Source: Candidatus Omnitrophota bacterium (GTDB lineage Bacteria > Omnitrophota > Gorgyraeia > Zapsychrales > JBAZNR01). From it: 64,000 nt of DNA. Shown in pieces: positions 27,701 to 42,700 of the stretch. Both the position numbers and the translations under genes were made by a program. The stretch lies in assembly GCA_041649175.1 (NCBI GenBank), contig JBAZNR010000001.1:322332-386331 (forward strand), read 5' to 3'. The notes beneath the pieces are model-generated. The model saw nothing but the letters and a program-made list of their open reading frames with translations, was not told the DNA's origin and did not search any database. Numbering within the stretch: position 1 is the stretch's first letter; each line of letters starts with the position of its first letter.

Positions 27701-30700
27701 CGTTCATCGTGCCACCGGTTGAGATAATGTCGTCCAAGACAATGATAACTTTTCCGTTAAAATCGATATGTTTGAACCTGTCGTTTAAAACCATCAATAC
27801 ATCTTCGGAACTTAAGCGAATTTTATCCATATGAGCGACTTGCGTATATAGATCCATCCCTAATTGAGATGCCGCTTCCCTAACATAATCATAAACTCCG
27901 TCATCCGGGCCCATCAAAATAATGTCTTCCAAGCGAAGCCCATGTTTCTGAATAAGATTGCGGACGATAAGGCCAAAGGCGTTAATATTAAAAACTTTTA
28001 GGTTTTCCGCTCCTTCAAAGGTGAATTCCCCGCTTTGATCCAAGAAATGAACGTTCACCGTAATGATACGATCGGTGAACTGACTGATCATCGACACAAT
28101 GGCGCGAGCGCTATTGACCGCGCGCGCTTTGGGATAAATAAAACGCAGCTGGTCTTTTTCTTTTAGCGTATAGCTTTGATGCTGACGGGCATAAGCAAAA
28201 TACGGCATAAAGACACCACGCAGCGACGCGTTCAGCACACTTCTTAATTCATGCAGGATCATCATTAGCTCCACGATACCCTTGTTGGTACGCGTCGCGT
28301 GGATCAAAAGATTATTCAATTCTTTTACCTGCGCAGGAATAAGTGTATTCATGTGCCGATGCTCTAGAGTATCAATTTTGATCTCGTGGATTTGCCCCTG
28401 CTCCATTTGCTTAGCTACTTCGCGTTTTAGATCAGCGTGTTCCGGAGTAAAAAGGACCGAATTGATATCGGGAAGGGCTGTTGCTTTTCTTTGCCGTAAA
28501 GGCCGAGATATGTGAACCAGCCGGATCAATTTTTCTCGGATATGATCGATCTTTTCTTCGGCTAATGACCTCTTAGAATAACGAAGCGGACGAATAGTGG
28601 AAAGTTCGCTTTTAATATCAAATACATTGTTATCCATCAGATAAATTTCAGCTTGGGCCGACAAAATATCTAAAATAGCGTCATATTGCCCGGACCGAGC
28701 AGGCAAGAAAACCCTAACCGAGCGCGCGCCAAAATCATTTTTGAGCCCATCGATCATGAAAAGCAGGATAACAATATCCTCGTCGGTCTCTAAGCTTTTG
28801 ATGATGCTAATATCTTTGCCTTCAAAAGCTTCGGAATTTTTGGCAAGAACTTCTACTTCTCCGTCGGGAAATCGGCGGGCGATGATCTCGGAGGAAATGG
28901 ATCCGTAACGCTTGGCTAGCTTAATACGAAGAGCGGCATCTTTATCATTAAAAATAAGATCTATCTTTTTGCTTTCTCCGCCCCGCTGGTTAATAGTATG
29001 TTTCCACTCTTTTATTCTTGACCGGGATGCCAGAGAAACGATCATTCTTTTGTGATTGCTCGGCGCGCGGCCTACCCCTAGCAATCCTTTGATGAGCTTC
29101 GCTAAATATCCGATCACCATACCAAAACTTGGGATAACGGCATTAAGCAAAGAAATGCTTCCGGCATTGTCAGGTGCATTTCGAACAACAGCCGGAGGAT
29201 AAATGCGAATATTTTCCGGCTTTAATTGAGATATCTTCTTTGTTATGACAGGAACAGCGACTTCAAATCCTCCATAAATTTTATAAACGCTTGCAGCGCG
29301 TTCAACAACAGTAGAATTTTGAATAACAAAATACAAAATATCTTCATCTTTAAAATGAGTCACTTCTTTTATTTTAGAAACCAGAAGAACGGAAATCGCA
29401 GCCTGAGCTTTAGTAGAAATTAAATTACTATTGGGCTCTGATGAAGTTCTTCGAGGGGCGCGTGCTTCATCTGGAAAATACACAACATCTACTGAAATTC
29501 TTATCAAAGCCAAAGTTGCCGCGGCTGAAAAGAACGCTGCAGCAAAGCCAAACCTTAAGCCAAAATTATCTAAGGAGAAATAGAACATAACAATAGCAAA
29601 TGCGGGTATCACTAATGCTGCCATTAAAGCCGGTACACCGGGATGTCTAAATATTTTCGTCATCAACGAAGTAACCTTTTTATGTTCTTTGTCTTGAGCG
29701 ACGAAAATCACCATGCCAATTGCAAGTACCACAAGGATAATTTCAATGGCTCCTACCCCTAACAATCCTTTGATGAGCTTCGCTAAATATCCCACCATCA
29801 TGCCAAAGGTGGGAATAACAGCATTCAAGGCTGTTAGCTGAGGCGCTTGCCCGCCATGATCGGCCATTTGTCTTTCCAAGAATTTAGTAAAGTCATAACG
29901 GTATTTGATATGCCGCAACCGGTCAATAAGTTTTCGCTTGCTGGAGTATTTAATATCGGAAGAAATATTAAGATATTCCTTGGCATTATCAGGGCTAATA
30001 ACAAATCCCGGCAAACCATGTTTTTGTAAAATAAGGCTTACGATCAAAGCTCCGGTGCGATGGTTCCCTTCAATAAATAATTGCTGTTGGCTTAAAATCT
30101 GCACATAAACCGCTGCGGCCTTCGCGTAAACAGAAAAATACGAACGGCTTTGATATTTTTCCCACACAGCTTCAATACCCTTACCAAAAGATCTCTTTAC
30201 CGCCTGCACATATTGATTTCGCTCTAAGCGGACGGCAAAAACATTTCCCATCAACACCAAGTGATTCAATTCCAGAAAATCTTCTCTACTGATTTCTCTA
30301 TTCTTTCCAAGTAGACTGTTGACACACGCATAACCTAAAATAATTCTATCAATTGTCTCCTGTTCGGGAAGTTCGCGCGGCGTATCAAGCTGGTGATTAA
30401 GCTCGGAAAATCCTTCTAAGAATTCCTGCAGTGATCGGCGTACCGTATCCATATCCATTGCCAAGTCGGGAGTTTCTAATCTCGTGGCGGCAAGTAATTT
30501 ATCTCGAGATAAATTTTTTCGTTGATGGCGTAAAGCTTTTGTTATAGCTACCACCGGCGCGATCATGGGATAAATGATCACATACCAAATCTTGTGGCGC
30601 AGATGTTCGGCCTTGATCATAAATCCGTTCTTATTGACCATCCAAGAATAGAATAAGGAGAAGAACTGCGTGGAAATTCCATCGACCACAACTTGAATAG

Positions 30701-33700
30701 CCGGATGAGAAGCCTGCACGGCGTAGGTGCGGATAATGGACGGCAAGCGCGTCATCCAAAACGCTTCATGTTGTTTCTCTTGGGCTAAAGGATTTTGATT
30801 GACCGTGTCTTTCTTGGCATGTTTAACGACCGCGGCATAAATAAATGTCCGGACTCTTACTACCGCCATCAGGCCAATAATGCGAAGCGCGGTGGCGGCA
30901 TAAAATTCCGCGCCTTTATCTAAGGTAACATCAAATTGCGCGTGAATGAATTGAACGATCTCAAAAACAGCAATAACGGCAACACTTAAAATCGGAGCTA
31001 AGAAAAATGCTTTGGCGATGGCCGGTATTTCTTTTTTGCCTATTTTCTTTCTTTGAACAATCTGGCCGAAGGTAAACACGGTGACCATAAATACTGATAC
31101 CGCCAAGATCGACGCGATAATTCCTGCTCCTGCAACACTCGTTGAAACCATCGCGTTTAAAAACATCATACTAAGGGCTGAAACAAAGGCCATTAAAAAT
31201 CCACCCGGAACAGCCAATAAAACTTGTTTTTTATTGATGCCATGCCCGGCCATCCATTGGCCTAAAATATCCGTAACAACAACGAATTGCGTAAAGATGA
31301 TGATATTGGCGATGAAAACTCCGATGAGACGGCTTAAAAGATGGGGCGCGTTAAATCCGTAGACAGTTGCGGCAAAAATCCCCAAAATGATAAAACTAAC
31401 GGCAAATTTCTTACCTAACGACAACGGAATTTGACTTTTGGGCTTAGGAATAAAGTTGCTGTCTTGTTGTACCGGTTCGCTCGCGCTGTTGACCAAACCA
31501 AACAAGGCAAAAGGTAAAATAAACCCAAAGGTAAACGCATTTAATTCTTGTTCTGCGACATCTAAACGTTTACTTTCCGGATAAGGTAACAAATCAGGCG
31601 TTTCTCCACGCCTAACTTTTTCTTGAGTTTCTTTCCACCACTTTGCCGTCACCAAATCGCCGTGTACCGTCATAAAATGATCTTTATATCGTTCCGGAAC
31701 AGAAAACTGTATTAGCTCGGAAGGAAAGACATCTCCATCGGAAACTGATATCCATTCGCTCTCATCCATCATGCTTTCCCAATCATCTTGTGGTTTCGGT
31801 TTGTCTCTAAAATTATAATTAAGAATTGAGTCAATTTCGTCATAATCATAACAGCAGACGCGTCCATGAGAAGTCACGCCAAAATTTTTGCTAAAATAAT
31901 CACCCATAAAGATTCCCATTTCGGCTAGATCTTTAACACAATACCCATAATCAATAACGGCTCGTCGGGCTGATTCGGGATCTGCTTCTTCAAGGAAAAT
32001 ATTTAGCGGAGTAATTCTGCGTTCAATATAGACGTGATGGATAACCACATAGTCGCCGCTTAACGTAACAACATTTCCGGCTGTTTTAAGCAACTTTTCT
32101 AAAAGTTCGCTCGGAAATCTATGACGCCTAAAACGCAAGTGTTCGAATTCCTGTGTATCTAAAAGCCTCCCTCCGCGTTCGTGACGGAAAACAAAATTGT
32201 AACGGTCTTTGATCCTTTCTCGCGTCATGTCTTCTTTAGCCAAAAAGCTCTTGATCAGTTTAAATACCATATTGATCTTATTGAGGGCCGCAACGGTCAT
32301 GGACATCCCCTCGATCCCGCGGGCGATCACAAAGGGTTCATTGGTTGTATCAAGATGGTTAATAAGCTCCCGATAAAGAACGGTTTTTCCATGCTTGTTG
32401 TAACCGATAGATATGTAAAGTTCGGAAACTCGTTTAAGTGGCATAATAGATTTAAGGAATGTGATCAACGCCACATGGTCACTAATATCAACATGGAAAT
32501 AGGAACGTGTAAAACTAAAAACGATGCTGGCATCCGTCTGATTAAGTAAAACAGCATCGACCGCAATGCCTGCCCCTGTGTTGACCAACGGTAAAACAAA
32601 CGGGACAGTCATAAAATCTTCTTCCGGAGTTCCGACAATGATACGCCCGATCATATAGGCGCGCTTGTCGCGATAGAATAGCGGCTTTAAGATCTCAACG
32701 CGAGCGATCTGAGAATCGCCCCAAACATTGATAAGATGATGCGTGATTTCTTCGGCAACAGCCTTTGAGTTTCTTTCCAAATCTTTAAAGCCAACAGAAA
32801 ATGCATGCTCCGAAAGAATGCGCCGGACCATCTCTTGTGTTGTTTCCGTGCGGTGATATACAGTGTAGATACCATCCTTATCGCTCGTATACTCAACATT
32901 GGAATGAACAAATTCAATAGACGGATTGACGCCTTCGGTGGTAAATATTTTACGCGTAATCGAATTAAAGAATGTTTCCGCAAATTCTCCGTCACGATAG
33001 TCTTCTAACATTCTAAATGTGATCATTTGGTTATATTTGACTTTCATCGTCGACCATAATGTTCTATCGTATTTATTCTCTCCTAGTATTCCGCTCCATT
33101 GTGAACCGGCCAATGAAGCAACCGTTTCGCTGATGATCTTTCCATAAAGATCAATACGATCCATTTTGTCTTGCTGGTCACCCTGCCAATCTCTTTGTTC
33201 AAACCGTGTTTTCGCGCGCAAGGTGATCTCTCTAAACTCACGATGATAACGGTCAAAGGCGTCATAGATCATTTGGGCGCTTCTTTGCGCTAAGACGTCC
33301 CGGCTTTCGCTATTTGCCTGCACCGTCGCCCAGAACCCAAACGGCATCAACAATCCCGCGAAACCGTTTAAAGCTTCTTCAGGATCTTGTTCATTAGCAT
33401 TTCCATTGATCGGACGTAAAGCATTATGCCAGCCTTCGGTTTTCTCGCTGTCGACACCCACCACCATAAGCATATTGCCCAGCACATAAAGGCTGGTATC
33501 GGTTTTTATACCGACCGCTTCGCTGGTGATCTTCAGATGGACTCCATTATCGCTAAGCCTGCCTAATTCCTTAAGGATCGGATGAGAAACCATCAGGGCA
33601 TCTTTCATTAACCGGAGAGCGAGAGGAAAAATAATATAACGCGCTAACGGTGTCCTAAAATAATCATAAATATTTAATTTTCCGAAAGTTTCGATAAGCC

Positions 33701-36700
33701 AATTGGTGAGCTCGCGATTTCTTTTAAACGAGGTCCTCGAAAGCGCGGACCAGAATAACGGATCCAAATGATGAAAATAATGAAGCACCGCTTCGATGAT
33801 CTGCGCATCCGCTAAGGTAGCGTCTTTGCTAAGATTCCGATGAGACAAAGCATTATGATAAAGCAGTTTAATAAGGCAAGGGATGTCTTTTAATTCATAC
33901 AGCTTGACTATATCCCACAGCTGATGTCTTTCTAGTCTGGACAAAGAACGGCGCAAAACTCGCTCCATAATAAAAATATCCGGATCGTCTATATTAAGCC
34001 CGTCCATGTATCCTTTGAAGATAAGCGCTAAATCCGGATGATGTTTGCTTAAATAAGAATAAACACGGTCATAGATCTTTTCTTCTCCGGTCGGCAGATT
34101 ACCGTCGCCAAATCCGATGATCTTCATGGTACGTTTATTCACTAAAGCCCTCATTAACCGGCGCCTGGCATCACGAAATACTTCAGGAATGATCCCCGGA
34201 TAAGCCTTAACTGTAACTACGCCCTTTTCGTAGGCGTCCTCGTAAAACTCATGGCCGACAAGTTTATGGAACGTATCGACTAATTTTTGATAAAGCGATC
34301 TTTCCTGCGGAATATAACTTAAAACTTCCGCGGCCATATTGGCCTGAACATACCGAGGAATATCCTCAAAGGCGATATTTGTACGCAAAAGCCATGTTAA
34401 CTTGGTCCAAACTTTATGATAGAGTGTAAATTTAGGGATAAGGATGAAGTGCTTTGACCCAATTTTCTCCCACACTTTTCGAGAACCAAAAATAATCGTA
34501 ATTTTATTTCGATATAAATCTTCCAATACCCCTTTGATTTCTTTTAACCGCTTATTCCCCGAGAAATCTCCCTGGATGACTAAGCCGAATCTTTGCCCAT
34601 GTTTGCTATTTTCTTTGAGGTTAAGCAGCCGGTCTGCGGCATCTCCAAAAGTCCCTAAGCCGGTCGCCTCCGTAACCACAATATGCTCAACATAACCAAA
34701 CGGCCTTTGCGGATCTCTAGCAAGAGGCGGCAATGGGTCAGGCCTATTTTCAATGTATTTATCATGATAAAATTCAACCCTGCTATTTTCTGGATTTATC
34801 TCTCCGACTCTTCCCTGCAAAGAATCAAAATAAGGCTCATCCGGGTGGTCTTTCGGATCGGCCGCCATTTTACGCACGCCACCAGGAAGATGAATACTGC
34901 CTAAAATCTCCACATAAACATCCACCGGAATATCTTTGTCTAAAGCTATCAAGATTGCGTGGCGCAAGTTAGGAAGCGCGTCAGATGAAGCAATAGGATT
35001 GCCGTCATTATCAAAAGGCGGTGTATGAGAAGCCGTAAAAACAATCGGAAACGGTAACTGCCCCTTAAATTCCAAAGACATAATGAATGATGTAAATGAC
35101 AGCGTATCAGTGCCATGAGTAAGCACAATGCCGGCCGGACGCGGCAGATCGCCAACGTTCGCCTTTTCCTTAAGGCGCTGGTAGGCATCCATTTTCAATG
35201 CGACAGCGGCCCGAATGGACCTTTCAATTACTTCCCAATGTTCCGGTGACATATTGCTGGAATCCGGAGGATTGTCAAAAATTCTCTGCTGGTAAAGAAT
35301 ACTGCCGCCAATTTCGCTTACTAATTTTTCAATACTGCCGCCGGCTGTACGCGATGTTTCTCCGGCCATGTTAATCGTTCCGCCGGCGTTAAGCACAATG
35401 ACTTTGCCAAAAATATCTTCATCAGAATAAACTTGCGGCGCAACCGTTCCCCAGAACGCGAAGGGTACAAATAATCCTGCAAATGAATTTAGCCTTTCGG
35501 TATTTCTTAACGCATCGATCTGGCTTTGGGAATTTTCTTCAGTCAGTGTTTCTAAAAACTTCCCAAGCGCCTCATAATTGACCCCTGTGGTTAATTCATA
35601 ACGCGTGTATTCGCGAATGCCTTCATCAATACTGACCCAGCGGATCGTATCAAACAGATTGGCTTCAAATAAGGTTTTGGAGCCGATAAATATTCGTCGT
35701 GACGTTCCAGCTTCCCCAAAAGTAATTTCGTCATCCGGATATTCAGGTTGTTTGGTTCTACGCTTATATTCAATGGCTGCATTTTCCCGGAAATGGTCAG
35801 CGAAAACTAAAATATGATTCCAAAGTATTTTTCGTAAATTCGGATTTCGGGTCGTATGCTTAATGGTGGCATAGACACCCAAATGATCCGTGTTGGCATC
35901 AAAACCTAAAGCCAGAACATTTTTAGAATCCATCTTCTTAGCGACATGCACGATATGGTTACCCGTAATACGGCCGATCAAGCGGCCGAAAATATTATAA
36001 AATAGGTAGGCATAGCTAAGAGGGATAGCGCTATAAAACCAGGAAATGATAAATAAGAAGAATTCTTCAAAGCTCACCGGAACGCCAAAGTCAACCCATT
36101 GACGGCTCCAAGCTAAATAGGTCAGCCCCATAAACGAAGTGATGAAAACCGCAAATTCCATCAGAAGATATCCCAATATAATTCTGGCAGCCGGAGCGGC
36201 AATATCTTCATCTCCATTTTCGATAAGTTGTTTACGATACTCGCGGACGGTTAAGCCTAAACTGATGATAAGCCAGGCGAAAACAATGCCCGCGAAAATA
36301 AGGATAAAGTTAGTCGTTGATCGGCCTTCAAAGCCCGCTCCTAATGCTGTTGTGAAAAGCCCAAGAGTCATCGCTATTGTCCATCCGGCAAAACTATATA
36401 AGCTTCTACTTCCCGAAAAACCTGCGCGGCCTAAAGGCCTAGCAAATTCACGTTCATCACCCATGAACCGATACCAGGGCGTCACAATTTCTTTACCTTG
36501 AATGTGACGCATTCCCTTCGCAAAGAATTCAAACGGTAATTGATCCAAAGTTTCCAGGCCTGTTCTTGTCAGGATCAATGAGCTTCCAATAATAATACTT
36601 CCATCTAAATGCGTCCTAAATCCGGATATCTCTACACGATCCTTGCCCAAGCTTTCCTTCAATGTGGCAATCAAAGCACCGTTAAGAGGGCGATCTTTGA

Positions 36701-39700
36701 GAAGTTCTTGAGATTGTGACGGAATAAGATCCAACTGGGTCAGATCGATAAACAACTTTCCGGCAGGATTAAGCAATCGATATAATCTCTTGAGGACATC
36801 GATCTGGTCGGGGATATACGCTATAACGGCGCGCCCGACAATGATCATGTCAAATTTAGATTGCAACTCAGCAAATCCAACTTGTTTACTTACGTCAAGA
36901 ACGCGGTGATGACGATGGATCTGGTAAAAAACTCTCAAGGCAAAGGTTTCAAATCTTTCCCGGCTTGGATAAAAGACATCTTCTCCACTTTGCTCCAAAT
37001 ATTCAATAACGTGCGGTAGATCATACAAAAGCCCTTCTTCCTTGTTGATAGAGTGATACTCAAAAGCATCTCCATATTTTAAAATAAGATCAATAATGGC
37101 TCTGCCACGGCCTACTCCCACAAATAAAAGACGGAACTGGGTTTTGCGGCTTTCATAACGCTCTGATAACTCACCTAAAACCTCACGGACATGCGGAAAG
37201 TGTTGCTCGTAAATCTCTATTTGTTCGCTAAGATCACGATTAACATAATCTTCTCTTCCTTCATATGCCTGCGGAGCAGAAATTTGGACGTAAGTGTTGT
37301 GTTTTACTTCGGTCAAAGAGACATTTTCACTATCATCTTTAATTTGCGCGCGCACAAAACCAAAAAACGCAAAGAAAGAAGGTAAAAGAAAAGCGTTCAA
37401 GTCCTCTGACCGCGCTTCTTTAAACTCGATCAGCGAGGCATCGTAATCAGCGGGTTTTTCAAAGCCTAAAAGATTTAAGATGGTGGCGGCAATATTGGAA
37501 AGGCCGGTGTTTTCTACTTCGGTTAAGGAATATTCTCCGCTATATTGCGGATCAACGATAATGAACGGAACAGGATTAAGGGAGTGGCGGGTGCTGACGA
37601 CCTTGTTCCCTTTCTTATCGAGCGTAAACATCTCATCAGCATTGCCGTGATCGGCGGTTACGATGGTAATGCCGTTCAACGCGCTCACCGCGTCAATAAG
37701 CTCGGCCACACACTCATCAACCGTTTCCATCGTTTCAATGATCGCTTTTTCAACACCCGTGTGCCCGACCATATCGCCATTAGGAAAGTTAAGGCTGATA
37801 AATTTGTATTTTCCCGTCAATAAAAGTTCTTTTACCTTTTTGGTGATTTCATAAGCCTTCATGGCCGGCTTTTGGTCAAAAGTAATATCTTTATCCGACG
37901 CAATCTCAATATATAATTCCAAACCTTCATTGATATAGCCGGATCTATTGCCGTTCATAAAATAAGTTACATGGCCGTATTTTTGTGTTTCCGATATACG
38001 CACCGTTGTAACGCCGTTATCACAAAGATATTCTCCCAAGGTGCGGGAAATGGCAGGCGGAGCAACCAAATAATTTTGCGGAACCATCAGATCACCGTCA
38101 TAAAGCATCATGCCGGCATAAAGCACATCGGGGGTACGTTCGCGGTCAAATTCTTTAAAATCTTTCTCTCCAAAAGCGCGGGAAATTTCAATGGCACGGT
38201 CGCCGCGGAAATTAAAGAAAACAACCGAATCTCCGTCTTCGATCGTTCCCATCGGTTTTTCATTCTCGTCCACGATCACAAACGCAGGAAGATTTTGATC
38301 CTGTGCGTCTTTACCACTCGCCTCTTCGGCTTCCCTATATAATGTTTCAACAGCTTCTCGAACAGATCGAAACTTTCTGCCGCGCCCTAAAACATGCGTA
38401 TCCCAGCCGCGCTTGACCATATTCCAATTATCGTTATATCGGTCCATAGTGGTCGTCATTCTTCCGCCGCCCGAAGCGAACGCGTAATCAAAACCAAATT
38501 CATGATTGATCTGCGCGAAAAATTCTTCCGCTCTATCAACGTAGGTCAAAGCTGATTTTGGATGAACATCACGTCCGTCTAAAAGCGGATGAACTCTAAC
38601 GCGTTTGACACCCCTGTTGGCGGCTTCTTTAAGAAGAACAAAAAGATGATCAATATGCGCATGGACATTTCCGTCGGATAAAAGGCCGATAAAATGCATG
38701 GTTTGACCATCACGCTTCGCCCGTTCAATAAGATCATTCCAGATAGCCGTTGTGAAAATATCTCCGCTTTCGATGGCTTGATTGATCAGCTTAGCGCCCT
38801 GATCAAAAATACGTCCGGCTCCGATAGCGTTATGCCCGACTTCGCTATTTCCCATATTGCTGTCATCGGGAAGGCCGACAGCTGTGCCGTGCGCTTTGAG
38901 TTTTCTGAAAAACGGGCTTTTTAATAATGCATCCAGACGCGGCGTTTTTGCCAGATAAACTCCATCGGATTCATCATTGCTTCCTAAGCCAACTCCATCC
39001 ATGATAATAAACAAAAGCGGCCCCTGCCGCCCTGAGAATTCCTTCAGCCGCGGTAAAACAAGTTTTGTCTCTGAAACAGAGCCGATGAATGCCAGCGGCG
39101 CGAAGATAAATGGAACAACAAATCCCTGCAGATCTTGTTGGCTGTCTTCTGTATTCCTCCAATAGGAATTCCGGCCGTCAAACTGAAACGCGCTTAACCC
39201 TAAAGACGAGAATTCTTGATCTATTTTTGTCACACGAAATGAGATCGTCGAGCGTTTTAAAGGCGAAAGCCGCATCATATGCTGCGCGCCTACAGTCTTT
39301 TCCACAGCTTGAGAAACTAATTGCGATATTTCTTCCGTCGTATGCAATTTTCCGGAAACCCTCTGGATCGCCATCGTAACAATGTAGGCGAATAATGTTC
39401 CGTTTGTCTTAAGAAGACGGTACAAGTTATTAGCAACCGCTACTTGATCGCGGATATATTCCATCACCCAAGTTCCGATAACAATGAGATCAAAATCAGA
39501 AGGAAGTTCTCTTAGTTGGGCGGCGCTCGTAACATCAGCACGGTGGAAATTCTTGTGCAAGATTTCAAAAGCCTTCAAGACATTGGGATCGGTTAAATCC
39601 CTATCCATAAAGAATGAAACCTCGGGTAAATCATATAGAAGATTGCTTTCAACATTGATGGAGTAGTATTCAAACTTGTCACCGAATTGTTCGATAAGAT

Positions 39701-42700
39701 CAAGAATGACCCGCCCGCGTCCGGCGCCGACTAAAAGAATTTTTGGTTTATTCACACCATCTGAATTTTCTTTAAGTTCTACCAAATCTTGAAGCAATTG
39801 TTCTCTACCGGCATCATCACGATACAATTTGCTTAAGTCAAAAAGCCCGCGGTTGACAGCCCCTTCATCGCCGTACAGCGACGGAACAGGATGCGAAACA
39901 TATGTTTTTGGATTTACGACAACTCCCAAAGCTGAAATCGGCGCGAAGACGAACGGCAAAAGGAAGCTGTTCAGGATTTCTCTTGATTGTTCTCTATCGT
40001 CCGCCAGTGCGTCTAAAGAAGTAAGCGGCAATTCTCCCTCTTCGCCCCATTCGCTTTCATCCGGCAGCACATCGCTTCGGTCGGTATGCGAATGCGGGAA
40101 CATCACAATGAATTTTGTTCCAGCCTCATGTTTCAAAGAATCATCGGAAATCGGTTGAGGTTTTCCGAATTGCCCATTAACATAGTCCAAACGATAAGCA
40201 AGCTGGCCACTCACTCGGCTGATGACCGTGATAGTTCCGCCATACATATCCACAATATTTCTTACTTCGGCTAATCCAACGCCGCCACCGGCAAATTTTC
40301 TAAAAGCGCTCCCTTTTGTTTCGCAAACATAAAATACAGCTTCAAGCTTATCCGCCGGAATTCCTACCCCGTTATCTTCGATGGTGTAATAATAACCTCC
40401 ATCGCGATCCGCATAGTCTTGATAGATCAACCCTTCTTTTCTGTCTTCACCCGGAATATTGGGTAGATACACAACCGCATTCTTAAATAATTCTGTAAAG
40501 ACAATTTGGATCGTTAAGCCGAACACTCGACGATTCATAATAATTTGAGTATCTTGATGAACACGTGTAACACCGGAAATATCAATGTCTTCCTCTAATA
40601 AAAACGCCTCCTGAAAAGCTCTCCAGGGGTCAGTTTCCATTTCGAAACCAACGATCGTATCAAAACTTCCGTTATAAATAGCGCGAATGGCTGAGAATTG
40701 CCCTTCCATAAGGACAGGGACCATAAACTCAATAAGCCGTGCACTGTCAAAATCAATTTCATTCATGCGCTCTAATATTTCCTGTATCTTTGGCTCATGC
40801 GCTCTTTGCGCTAAAACCGCCGTGAATGTTCTGGTGACCATCACCGGGTATCGATTGCTGCCAAGGTCGCGATCTAAATCAAGGAATAGATCGGCTACCA
40901 ATTTTATAGCTTTTTGATATGCCATGTATTCCCGGCTATTGTGTAGCGCATAGGCTTCTTCAAAAGCATTGATAATGCGTGACTTCATAAGGCTAATGGC
41001 TGTAATACGGTCATTGAGGATATGCCCTTGGAATAAGGGGCTATCTTGTCCCAAGCGTGAATCTAATTCTCTTAAAAGCCGGGCAAACTCATTGAGGAAA
41101 AGATACAACTTATTCATAACTACCATGCCCATCTCAGCAATATTGACACGGTTTTCCTGAAGCGGATAAATGCGAAGATACATTTCCACAAAATCTCTCA
41201 TATTACGTATCCGCTTAGAACGCGGAGCGAGTATGACGCCAATACTAAATATTTTCTCATCAAAGATCTGCGGGACAGAAGTTTCATCTTGCCCTAAAAG
41301 AAACTCAGCCAAAAGAACATTACGAGTGCTTTCTTCCGGATTTCCCAAAGGCGGCCTCAAGCCTCCCATAATAACATCACGTTCAAAATCAAAAGTTGAC
41401 CCGCCTTCTTCCTGGCGCTTGGTTATTTCATGATAAGCGACATGCGCGTTTATGACTTCTCGTTCGCGCACTTGGAGGTTTTTAAGGATCAAGGCAAAAT
41501 TTGGTGACGAATCAACATGGGAAATTCTAATGAGCAAGTTGATCGCCTGGGAAAATTTTTCCGTCGTAGCGTCATTACGTCCAATAAAATTAGATAAAAA
41601 TGTAACGCCTTCTTGATTTAAGGACATTGACCTGAAAGCTAGCTCTGCTCTTTGTTGTATTCCTTCGGGAAGTTTACTCCTAACGAGTTCTCTTAATCCA
41701 AAATGCAAAGGCCTGTTAAGATGCCATCCTTGGATATTGTCTCTGAACAGCGCTTCGGGAATTTCTGTTTCAAGAACATCGCCTGTTTGTTCAATGCGAA
41801 CAACAACTTTCTCTAATTCGCTTTTGATCTGCTGAACTATCGCAGTGATATCATCACGCGTTAAAGATATTTCATCGGCCATATCCCAGATCTCATGGAT
41901 GCCTTCGGGCACAGGGACAAATATTTCTGACAACACGCTTGCCCTAAATTCCTCATCGTTTAAGAATTTTCTGAGTGACGCCTCTTCGCGGATCTCTTCG
42001 GCCAAAGCATAGACCAAGCGCAGCGCATCATCGTCGAGAACGATCAAAGAGAAATGTTTCTTAAGCTTTTCCGTAATAATTGCCAGGCCTTCCTCTTTGG
42101 ATCGGACGAGTCCAAAGATCATCGGAGCAAAGGGCAAGATAAAACTATTGGCAGTTTGCACGCCGTTTTGCGCCTTTCGGCGGTTAAATTCCTCAATGGC
42201 CGCAACCGCTTCCTGCGCGGAATCGACGATGGTATAAAGCGTTATATCTCCTTCAGAGACAACGCCGGATTTCACTAAGACTTCCTTAAAATACGTATCC
42301 CACGGCTGCCAAAATTCGCGGTCGATCAAAATAAGCGGCTTCTTTTCAACTTTACGTGTTTGCATCAAAACGATCGCTTCAAAAAGCATATCCATCGTTC
42401 CCATACCGCCGGGGAAGAAAATAAGTCCCTGGTCGCTGTGGCGCATAATGGCTACTTTTTGTAAGAACATATGCGAGAAACCCACGGATGTCCTTGCCCA
42501 GCTCAAATCGTCAAGGCCGTTTAAGCCTAATAAGATCAAACGCCCCGAATGATAAAACGCGTTTTTCTTTGCCGCTTCTTCAATGCCATCTTTGACCGCA
42601 ACACCAATGCCTTTATCGCTTCGCACAATGGTGGAGATATGTTTTTCCGCTAAGCGCCGGGCAAGGTCTCTGGCTAAGATATAATTCAGATCGGATTTGG

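Noticed and set aside
32602-32610. A third copy of the GGGACAGTC core.
   Set aside because: No inverted partner nearby and the frame is intact there (decoded). A chance match.
33083-33265. Minus-strand track ORF in the frame shifted by two from the coding frame (MTPLTVIIVSLERS...).
   Set aside because: It overlaps a stretch I decoded codon by codon in the main frame as good AceK-like protein. It is out of frame.
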